IMG/VR virus record: IMGVR_UViG_3300040809_000504
Coordinates: 1-36,520 of that record
Length of the DNA stretch: 36,520 nucleotides
From: a virus
Strand: one strand, 5' to 3'
In this document: positions 1 through 5,464 of the stretch, one piece after another
How positions within the stretch are numbered: position 1 is the first letter of the stretch
How the letters are laid out: each line of letters starts with the position of its first letter
The notes under the pieces: model-generated
What the model was told of the DNA's origin: nothing
Databases searched by the model: none
Seen by the model: the letters and a program-made list of their open reading frames with translations, nothing else
Program-made: the position numbers and the translations under genes

Positions 1-127
1 TATGGCTATGGCTCTGGCGATGGCGATGGCTATGGCTCTGGCTATGGCTCTGGCGATGGCTATGGCTATGGCTCTGGATCTGGCGATGGCGATGGCTCTG
101 GCTCTGGCTATGGCTCTGGCTCTGGCT
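1..127. repeat. Exact terminal direct repeat. Bases 1-127 equal 36394-36520 (contig-end overlap, indicating circular or circularly permuted closure).
   Basis: Base-by-base comparison of both ends found no mismatch. The unique length of 36,393 is divisible by 3, so reading frames are preserved across the junction. Confidence 0.95.
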
Positions 128-306
128 CTGGCTCTGGCGATGGCGATGGCGATGGCTATGGCGATGGCTCTGGCGATGGCTCTGGCTATGGCTATTTCTC
201 TGGCTCTGGCTCTGGAGATGGCGATGGCTATGGCTATGGCTCTGGCTATGGCTCTGGCGATGGCTCTGGATCTGGCGATGGCGATGGCTCTGGCTCTGGC
301 GATGGC
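1..306 (+). repeat. Imperfect tandem hexanucleotide array (GGC-TCT / GGC-GAT / GGC-TAT), continuing from 36328-36520.
   Basis: 51 consecutive hexamers lie here. The only departures are GGA for GGC at 76-78, 217-219 and 268-270, and TTC for GGC at 196-198. The array is much more GC-rich than its flanks. Confidence 0.95.
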
Positions 307-309
307 TAA
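1..309 (+). CDS. 3' part of the wrap-around Gly-X dipeptide-repeat protein gene (frame 1, stop TAA at 307-309).
   Basis: Frame 1 reads YGYGSGDGDGYGSG...GSGSGDG*. The TAA overlaps the ninB ATG (TAATG at 307-311), a typical coupling junction. The 5' part with its ATG lies at 36295. Confidence 0.6.
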   Translation, partial: YGYGSGDGDGYGSGYGSGDGYGYGSGSGDGDGSGSGYGSGSGSGSGDGDGDGYGDGSGDGSGYGYFSGSGSGDGDGYGYGSGYGSGDGSGSGDGDGSGSGDG

Positions 310-731
310 TGAATGATTTTAAGTTAACCACCGCTATGCTACCTGAGTTAATAAGACTGCTAAAAGAATTATTAACATCAGGTAAAGCATACAGAGTAAA
401 TGTTAAAGAGTGGCGAGAGCAAAGAAGTCTCTCGCAAAACTCACTTTACTGGCAATGGCTTGGTGTTATATCAAAAGAGTTAAAGCCAAACGACCAAGAG
501 CACAAACCAGAAGTTTGGCATGAGTATTTTAAAAAATATTTTTGCCCAATTAAATTAATATCGATGCCAGCCGGTAAAGATGTTGAAATTAAAAGCACTA
601 AAGTTTTAGATGTTGGCGAAATGTGCCACTACATGACGCAGATACATAACTGGGCGGCTGGTCATATGTTAGCTTTACCGGTACTAGAAAATAGCGATTA
701 CAAACAAAACTTAGATAAACAAGAAAGGTGA
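309..731 (+). CDS. ninB: NinB-family recombination protein (lambda Orf/NinB-like).
   Basis: 140 aa. The motif RSLSQNSLYWQWLGVIS matches lambda NinB RSLDQNRKLWACLGDVS. Its position in a nin-like region alongside ninG supports the call. Confidence 0.8.
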   Translation: MNDFKLTTAMLPELIRLLKELLTSGKAYRVNVKEWREQRSLSQNSLYWQWLGVISKELKPNDQEHKPEVWHEYFKKYFCPIKLISMPAGKDVEIKSTKVLDVGEMCHYMTQIHNWAAGHMLALPVLENSDYKQNLDKQER

Positions 732-734
732 TTT

Positions 735-1034
735 ATGAGTAAAGAAAAAATAGTCAGGCTCGCAAAAGAGCGAACCAGAACAAACGAAAAAAGCATTAGA
801 ATTATTTACGATAATTTAGTTAGTAAAAATCGCGTTTCAATCGGTACCCTTTCAAGATTCAATAACGGAATGTGCCGCAGAAATATCGGTAGAGTTGAAA
901 AAATACTTATTGAGTGCGGTGCGCAGGTTATCCGTGATTGCGGTGAAACTGTCGGAACTAAAGCCGCTATCGGTGATTTAGGCATTACGTGGGGATTTTT
1001 CAACTGCTTGCCAAATGGGGAGTTAATACGATGA
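735..1034 (+). CDS. Small DNA-binding protein with a LacI-like HTH, a possible late-gene regulator.
   Basis: 99 aa. SD AAAGGTGAT then ATG. The segment NRVSIGTLSRFNNG resembles the LacI-type HTH recognition helix. It sits immediately upstream of the lysis genes. Confidence 0.45.
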   Translation: MSKEKIVRLAKERTRTNEKSIRIIYDNLVSKNRVSIGTLSRFNNGMCRRNIGRVEKILIECGAQVIRDCGETVGTKAAIGDLGITWGFFNCLPNGELIR

Positions 1035-1375
1035 GAAACTTTGATATTTCAGAGTTTGACTGCAAAGAAACGGGTGAAAACAAAATGTGCAGCGAGTTTT
1101 TATCGCGGCTTGATTTATTGCGCGATGCCTGCGGTTTTCCATTTGTCATAACTAGTGGTTATCGTTCTGAATCACACTCAGTTGAGATTAGAAAGGATAA
1201 TCCAGGTATGCACACAAAAGGAATAGCGGCCGATATAAAGGTTGTTAGCGGTTGGCATAGGTACAAAATAGTTGAAGCTGCAATCTCAATGGGATTTAAA
1301 GGTATCGGTGTTGCAAATGGTTTTGTGCACGTTGACGACAGAAAGTCACAACCCGTTATGTGGCAATACAACTGA
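1032..1375 (+). CDS. Endolysin, zinc peptidase M15 family (Peptidase_M15_3-like).
   Basis: MRNFDISEF.. start overlaps the upstream stop (ATGA). Motifs: SGYRSESHS, GMHTKGIAADI and GFVHVDD (H..D..H zinc ligand pattern). Confidence 0.8.
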
Positions 1376-1467
1376 TGAAATTTAAATTTTGGTGGCACAA
1401 TAACGGCTGGTGGTTAGTAATACTGCTAGCCGTTTTGTTTTTATTATTAACGGCAATTTATAGGTGA
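1375..1467 (+). CDS. 30-aa single-TM peptide between the endolysin and the holin (lysis accessory or antiholin-like candidate).
   Basis: MKFKFWWHNNGWWLVILLAVLFLLLTAIYR. Its ATG overlaps the endolysin stop (TGATG). It is below the ORF-track size cutoff. Confidence 0.45.
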   Translation: MKFKFWWHNNGWWLVILLAVLFLLLTAIYR

Positions 1468-1470
1468 CAT

Positions 1471-1905
1471 ATGGCTTTAGACCCAATCACAGCACTATTT
1501 GAAGCTGGAAAAATGGCTATTGAAAGAATTTGGCCTGATCCAAACAAAAGAGCGGAAGAAATTAGAAAGCTAAAAGAGTTAGAGCAATCTGGTGATTTAG
1601 CGCAAATGCAAGCGCAAGTTACATTGCTACAAGGTCAGCTAAATATAAACATCAAAGAAGCAGAGCATAAATCTGTTTTTGTTGCTGGCTGGCGGCCGTT
1701 TGTTGGTTGGGTTGGAGGTTTTGGTTTAGCGTATGCAGGAATATTAGAACCGCTAATGAGGTTTATAGCTAAGCTTTGTGGTTATGCTGGCGATTTTCCA
1801 GTTATTGACACAACACTGACAATGCAAGTTTTGCTTGGTATGCTTGGTCTGGGTGCAATGCGCAGTTTTGATAAATCAAAAAATACTCAAACTGATAAAA
1901 TATAA
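1471..1905 (+). CDS. Holin, 3-TM type (GTA_holin_3TM-like).
   Basis: 144 aa. It has an N-terminal PDPNKRAEE..LAQ..INIKEAEHKSVFVAGWRPFVGW motif, followed by hydrophobic segments. It lies adjacent to the endolysin. Confidence 0.7.
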   Translation: MALDPITALFEAGKMAIERIWPDPNKRAEEIRKLKELEQSGDLAQMQAQVTLLQGQLNINIKEAEHKSVFVAGWRPFVGWVGGFGLAYAGILEPLMRFIAKLCGYAGDFPVIDTTLTMQVLLGMLGLGAMRSFDKSKNTQTDKI

Positions 1906-1934
1906 TTTGATAAATGCAAAATACGCATATATAC
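1906..1934 (+). promoter_or_regulatory. Sigma70-like promoter: TTGATA, 17-nt spacer, TATACT.
   Basis: -35 at 1906-1911 and -10 at 1929-1934, about 30 nt upstream of the ATG at 1965. Confidence 0.55.
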
Positions 1935-1964
1935 TCAGTAAAAATAAACCAATAAAGGTGATTT

Positions 1965-2489
1965 ATGAAAAAGTACGAGTTTACCGGTAAAGAAATAAAG
2001 CTTTACGGAAGGGTGTTAAAGCAGATAGTTTGTACAACTGCTTTTGCGCATGTGTGTGTTGGTGATATTGGTGGCTATATCGAGTCATCATCAAATTTAA
2101 GTCATAAAGGTGACGCTTGGGTGTACGGTGACGCTAAGGTGTTCGGTAACGCTAAGGTGTTCGGTAACGCTGAGGTGTACGGTAACGCTGAGGTGTTCGG
2201 TGACGCTAAGGTGTTCGGTAACGCTAAGGTGTTCGGTAACGCTAAGGTGTTCGGTAACGCTGAGGTGTTCGGTAACGCTAAATCAACCAAAAAAGTACAA
2301 ACCATATCGACTAATCATTATCATGTAACAATTTCAGATACACATATAGCTATTGGATGTCAAAACCATAAAAATGAGTTTTGGTTAAAACAAACAAAAG
2401 AAAGTATCGAAATATTAGATTCAAAAGAATCTGGTGAGTTATGGGAAAAGTACGGCTATTTTATTTTGATGCTGGCTGGTGTTAAATGA
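1965..2489 (+). CDS. Hexapeptide-repeat (left-handed beta-helix-like) protein with a non-repeat C-terminal domain.
   Basis: 174 aa. It has about 9.7 consecutive G[DN]A[KEW]V[FY] hexapeptides. Its own promoter and a strong SD (ATAAAGGTGATTTATG) are present. Confidence 0.8.
   Translation: MKKYEFTGKEIKLYGRVLKQIVCTTAFAHVCVGDIGGYIESSSNLSHKGDAWVYGDAKVFGNAKVFGNAEVYGNAEVFGDAKVFGNAKVFGNAKVFGNAEVFGNAKSTKKVQTISTNHYHVTISDTHIAIGCQNHKNEFWLKQTKESIEILDSKESGELWEKYGYFILMLAGVK
2109..2282 (+). repeat. 18-bp tandem repeat GGT(A/G)ACGCT(A/G)AGGTGT(T/A)C, about 9.7 copies, inside the CDS.
   Basis: The units start at 2109 and continue in 18-bp steps through 2253, with a partial unit from 2271 to 2282. They differ at only 3-4 positions. 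The array creates shadow ORFs in two other frames. Confidence 0.95.
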
Positions 2490-2647
2490 CACCAGCAAAA
2501 AGACTTAAAAGTCTAAACGAAAACATAACTATTCAAGAAGTAGCTGACTGCGTTGGCTTGCCAAAGCGAACACTTGAGCAGTGGTTTCACACTAGAAGAA
2601 ATGTTTTTGAGGCGTGTTTGCAATATGCGATTTTAAATCGCTTATAA
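2486..2647 (+). CDS. 53-aa HTH DNA-binding protein.
   Basis: MTPAKRLKSLNENITIQEVADCVGLPKRTLEQWFHTRRNVFEACLQYAILNRL. Its ATG overlaps the upstream stop (ATGA). It is below the ORF-track cutoff. Confidence 0.5.
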   Translation: MTPAKRLKSLNENITIQEVADCVGLPKRTLEQWFHTRRNVFEACLQYAILNRL

Positions 2648-2671
2648 CTTTTAATTATATAGGAAACTTTT

Positions 2672-3028
2672 ATGTCTATTTTTCAATGCGAAAACTGCGG
2701 TTGTGCTGAAAATACAGCTTGTTCAGAACAAGGTTTTAAGATGATGTCGGAATTATTCGACTGGTCATACAACCCAAGTTTAGAGGGTAAATTACTTTGT
2801 CGCGCATGTGGGCCTACACATTATAAAGGTGGCTCAAAAATGAAAGCTGATCACTGGGGTGAATATGGCGTTTGGCACAACCGATTTGAAAGACGCTATT
2901 TGCCACGCGGTGAATTTAAAACCAACAACCAGGGCAATTTAGAGCACATTGAGTCAGGTTTAATTGGCAATGAAGCATACAAACAATTTGCGCGTTCAGA
3001 GCCTTACCCAATGAAAGAAGCCGTATAG
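2672..3028 (+). CDS. Hypothetical Cys-rich (CxxC...CxxC) protein.
   Basis: 118-aa ORF with an AGGAAA SD. It carries a CENCGC...CRAC putative zinc ribbon. Confidence 0.55.
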   Translation: MSIFQCENCGCAENTACSEQGFKMMSELFDWSYNPSLEGKLLCRACGPTHYKGGSKMKADHWGEYGVWHNRFERRYLPRGEFKTNNQGNLEHIESGLIGNEAYKQFARSEPYPMKEAV

Positions 3029-3038
3029 GAGATTTTCG

Positions 3039-3278
3039 ATGACTGTAAAAGTTCAGGTACTCGGTGTAGGTTCGCGCTTAGGCTTAAGTGTTGCAGCGTT
3101 AATTGCTTCACTTCCCCAATGCAAAGTCGAAGTTATTGACACAGTAGACACCCCAAAACCTAACTTTGGCTCAGTCGGTGCGATTGACTTGGGTAAGCAA
3201 GTAGCCATTCAAAATGAGCGAGAATGGCGTGGCGGGAGCCGCAAAAAAGGTGGCCGCTACAAGTGGCCTAGACGTTAA
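3039..3278 (+). CDS. Hypothetical protein.
   Basis: 79-aa ORF with a TAGGAG SD 6 nt upstream and a basic C-terminus. Confidence 0.45.
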   Translation: MTVKVQVLGVGSRLGLSVAALIASLPQCKVEVIDTVDTPKPNFGSVGAIDLGKQVAIQNEREWRGGSRKKGGRYKWPRR

Positions 3279-3300
3279 TTTTATAAATGGGAAATTTTCG

Positions 3301-3420
3301 ATGACCAGAAAATTGAACAATAAAATGCGTGAAGAATGGTTATTTTTACGTTTCATGCACGAAGCTCCAGAATCAGAAAAAATTAAATGGTTCATCGAAG
3401 TTAATTTTAAAAACTCTTAA
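3301..3420 (+). CDS. Hypothetical small protein (39 aa).
   Basis: Internal ATG of track ORF 3214..3420. It was chosen because it avoids overlap with 3039..3278 and shares the upstream motif GGGAAATTTTCGATGAC. Confidence 0.3.
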   Translation: MTRKLNNKMREEWLFLRFMHEAPESEKIKWFIEVNFKNS

Positions 3421-3436
3421 ATGGGAATTTTTGAGC

Positions 3437-3766
3437 ATGACGGAACTGACCGAAAAAGAAATAAACACTCGAATTGCTAAAGCTGTAAAGCCTTTAAACC
3501 TTGTATTCGATAATGATGGTTTCCCAATGGTTCATAACGAGTACATCGATGCGTATTTCGATTTGAACTACTGCAACGATTGGTCACTACTCATGCCTTT
3601 GGTTATAGAAAATCGCATTGGTTTTGATCCGCTCCCGATAGATAACAGTGATGCTACTTGTTGGAGCAATGTTTCAGCCATAAAAACCACAGATAAAAAT
3701 CACAAACTGGCTTTGGCTAAATGCGTCATGTTTTTAGTCGAAGAAAAAGCCGCTATTTCAAACTAA
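3437..3766 (+). CDS. Phage ABA-sandwich / DUF2591-like protein.
   Basis: 109 aa from MTELTEKEIN. The YCNDWSLLMPLVIENRI segment resembles the conserved core of that family (recalled motif). Confidence 0.45.
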   Translation: MTELTEKEINTRIAKAVKPLNLVFDNDGFPMVHNEYIDAYFDLNYCNDWSLLMPLVIENRIGFDPLPIDNSDATCWSNVSAIKTTDKNHKLALAKCVMFLVEEKAAISN

Positions 3767-3780
3767 GTAAAAGGTAAATC

Positions 3781-4005
3781 ATGGAAAACCAACACAAGAA
3801 AATTAAAGGCTATCGTGACTTGTCACAAGCTGAAATTGATTCAATGAACGATGCCAAAGCACTCGCTGAAAAAGTTGGCGTGCTAGTCGAGCAATTGCAG
3901 AGCCAAGACGGGTTAGATCAGCGCTGGATTGCAACTGCTAAAACGGATTTGCAAAAGGGTTTTATGTCTCTAATTCGTGGCATAGCACAACCAACAACGT
4001 TTTAA
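3781..4005 (+). CDS. Small helical protein resembling the N4 gp49 / Sf6 gp66 family (PF13876), the family of the Acb2 anti-CBASS nucleotide sponge.
   Basis: 74 aa. It has an N-terminal KGYRDLSQAEIDSMNDAK and a C-terminal RWIATAKTDLQKGFMSLIRGIAQPTTF. The motif match is from memory. Confidence 0.55.
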   Translation: MENQHKKIKGYRDLSQAEIDSMNDAKALAEKVGVLVEQLQSQDGLDQRWIATAKTDLQKGFMSLIRGIAQPTTF

Positions 4006-4019
4006 GTTTAGTTAACCAC

Positions 4020-4046
4020 TGCGCTTGCTAATCGAGCGCATTATTA
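4020..4046 (+). terminator. Hairpin terminator candidate.
   Basis: TGCGCT-(9 nt)-AGCGCA followed by TTATTA. The U-tract is weak. Confidence 0.4.
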
Positions 4047-4137
4047 AACAAGTTTATAGATTGGAAATTTTAAATTTAACATTTAAATAGTTTAACTATA
4101 CAATATATAAACCGATTAACATTATTTGGAGAGTATT

Positions 4138-4203
4138 ATGCCTGGAAAAGAAAAGCCAGATCCAAAGGACCCAATTCCACCAAAAGACGAAGATCAAAAA
4201 TAA
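4138..4203 (+). CDS. 21-aa Pro/Lys/Asp-rich micro-ORF coupled to the downstream membrane protein.
   Basis: MPGKEKPDPKDPIPPKDEDQK. It has a GGAGAG SD, and its stop overlaps the next ATG (TAATG). Confidence 0.3.
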   Translation: MPGKEKPDPKDPIPPKDEDQK

Positions 4204-4709
4204 TGATTCAGTTTTACCTAACAAGCTTTTTAATTATGATGCTTGTTAGTGCGTGGCTTTTTGCTAAGAAGGGCGGTTTATCCGCTCTTTGTTTGATTGC
4301 GCTAACATCATTCATTTCATTTTTTGCAATTTATTACAGCTCTTTAAGTGGTGATTCATACTATCTGTCAGACTCTATACGAATATCCGCAATTATAGCT
4401 ATCACGTGTTATTGTGGCGCTTTGTCAGTCAGGCCGTTTTTGTATTTGGTTTATGCTGTGGTATTATTTTGTCATCTAATAGTTAATTTTATTGAGATTT
4501 TCAACCATTCAAACTTTCATGCTGATTACTATTATTTAACAATTACAATCATTGAGCTTTTGTTGTTTTGCTCTGGTTGCGTATTAACTCATAGGGCCAG
4601 GAGTGGCAAAAGTGCATTATATGATAATAATGCTCTTGATATTGACGATAACAACAGGCGTAGGAATTGTGTCGATCATTACACTCATCAAGAGGATTCT
4701 AAAGTATGA
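4203..4709 (+). CDS. Polytopic inner-membrane protein, function unknown.
   Basis: 168 aa with 4-5 hydrophobic segments and a hydrophilic C-terminal tail. Confidence 0.6.
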   Translation: MIQFYLTSFLIMMLVSAWLFAKKGGLSALCLIALTSFISFFAIYYSSLSGDSYYLSDSIRISAIIAITCYCGALSVRPFLYLVYAVVLFCHLIVNFIEIFNHSNFHADYYYLTITIIELLLFCSGCVLTHRARSGKSALYDNNALDIDDNNRRRNCVDHYTHQEDSKV

Positions 4710-5059
4710 GCGATCTGATAGAGAAGATTAGCGAATTAGAAAAGAAAGTTGATCATGTTGATGATAAGTTTACAAATGCGCTTGATAAACTTAGTGAGTC
4801 AATGGAGAAGGTTGCAGTTGTAATAGTTAAGCTAGACAATCAAGAAAAAGCACAAGAAGCAATTCATGCAAGACAAGATGAGTTAACAGAAAAGCTTCAC
4901 AATGTAGATAAGCAAGTTGCAGTTGCAAAGCAAGCAGCAGACGCGACAGCAAAAAACACTCAAGAAATTAAAGCGACAATGAATAAATTGTTATGGGTGT
5001 TTATCAGTGGTTTTTTCAGCCTGATTGTAACTGGCGTTGTTATGGCGCTAAAGTCTTGA
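4706..5059 (+). CDS. Coiled-coil protein with a C-terminal TM anchor.
   Basis: 117 aa. The N-terminal 90 aa are heptad-rich. The C-terminus LLWVFISGFFSLIVTGVVMAL is hydrophobic. There is an ATGA overlap with the upstream gene. Confidence 0.6.
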   Translation: MSDLIEKISELEKKVDHVDDKFTNALDKLSESMEKVAVVIVKLDNQEKAQEAIHARQDELTEKLHNVDKQVAVAKQAADATAKNTQEIKATMNKLLWVFISGFFSLIVTGVVMALKS

Positions 5060-5125
5060 TTAATTAATTTAATAAGCTAATATTAATAGGCTTATTTCAC
5101 AGTTGTATACTTTGAACGGTTTTGG

Positions 5126-5153
5126 CCTCAACTTAACAAGTTGGGGTTTTTTT
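5126..5153 (+). terminator. Rho-independent terminator.
   Basis: CCTCAACT-(5 nt)-AGTTGGGG followed by T7. Confidence 0.75.
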
Positions 5154-5186
5154 ATGCCTAAATTAAAAATAAATTTAAAATAACTA

Positions 5187-5214
5187 TTTACTTATATAAT
5201 TAAATCATTATAAT
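5187..5214 (+). promoter_or_regulatory. Sigma70-like promoter: TTTACT, 16-nt spacer, TATAAT.
   Basis: -35 at 5187-5192 and -10 at 5209-5214, upstream of the ATG at 5263. Confidence 0.55.
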
Positions 5215-5262
5215 AGGTTTCAGAAGTTAAGAAAACAACAAAACAAATTAAAGGTGAATATT

Positions 5263-5448
5263 ATGAAAAACTTAAACGAATTACTAAAAATGGTTAACGC
5301 TAAAATGGATTTCTTTATGATTAAAGCTTGTGCTGAATCAGTTGGTTTTGAGTTAAGCGCTAAATCAATGCCAGGCTTAAAGTGTGAGATTGAAAAATTA
5401 ATTGCACACGCAGAGCTTGAAGAAGAATCACTAACGCTAGTTATCTAA
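5263..5448 (+). CDS. Hypothetical protein (61 aa).
   Basis: The ATG at 5263 is preceded by AAAGGTGA. The track start at 5254 is the GTG inside that SD. Confidence 0.5.
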   Translation: MKNLNELLKMVNAKMDFFMIKACAESVGFELSAKSMPGLKCEIEKLIAHAELEEESLTLVI

Positions 5449-5464
5449 TAAGAGGTAGCTAGCA

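Noticed and set aside
1-127. Treating the 127-bp identical ends as biological direct terminal repeats of a linear genome.
   Set aside because: The exact identity, the length typical of a maximal assembler k-mer, and the location inside a gene whose frame is restored on circularisation all point to an assembly overlap. A headful-type terminase is consistent with a circularly permuted genome. Long reads are still needed.
1-306. CRISPR array or iteron-type origin interpretation of the junction repeats.
   Set aside because: The period is 6 bp with no unique spacers, so it is not a CRISPR array. There is no adjacent AT-rich unwinding element or initiator gene, so an origin role is unsupported.
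2-316. Track ORF translating the array as MAMALAMAMA... (Ala-Met/Ala-Leu repeat protein).
   Set aside because: It is probably not the expressed frame. Its first ATG lies inside the array with no SD. Upstream it is closed by a TAA at 36290-36292 and has no start before the array. The Gly frame has an ATG with GGAG and a TAATG junction to ninB. I kept the alternative frames as a separate finding, because I cannot exclude them without expression data.
806-1398. Antisense track ORFs 806..1003 (-) and 1159..1398 (-). Similar short antisense ORFs occur inside long genes, for example 6528..6755, 7854..8096, 8702..8911, 11534..11719, 12349..12582, 12855..13302, 13381..13596, 17004..17189, 23702..23923, 29409..29630, 32987..33193, 34065..34280 and 35058..35327.
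   Set aside because: Each is fully embedded antisense (or out of frame) in a better-supported gene with recognisable motifs or operon context. None has a convincing SD.
2102-2328. Track ORFs 2110..2328 (+) and 2102..2305 (-), reading TLRCSVTLRC... and ALPNTLALPNT....
   Set aside because: These are shadow frames generated by the 18-bp tandem repeat inside the hexapeptide-repeat gene. They have no SD or independent start context.
3214-3436. Long versions of track ORFs 3214..3420 and 3329..3766, and antisense ORF 3171..3395.
   Set aside because: The long starts overlap neighbouring genes extensively. Internal ATGs at 3301 and 3437 follow a repeated upstream motif (GGGAA(A)TTTT..ATGAC) and give a non-overlapping gene series. 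Confidence in 3301..3420 remains low.
4621-4731. Embedded 36-aa TM ORF (MIIMLLILTITTGVGIVSIITLIKRILKYERSDRED), out of frame across the junction of 4203..4709 and 4706..5059.
   Set aside because: The hydrophobic reading is attractive, but there is no SD and it fully overlaps two coupled genes. I left it as unproven.
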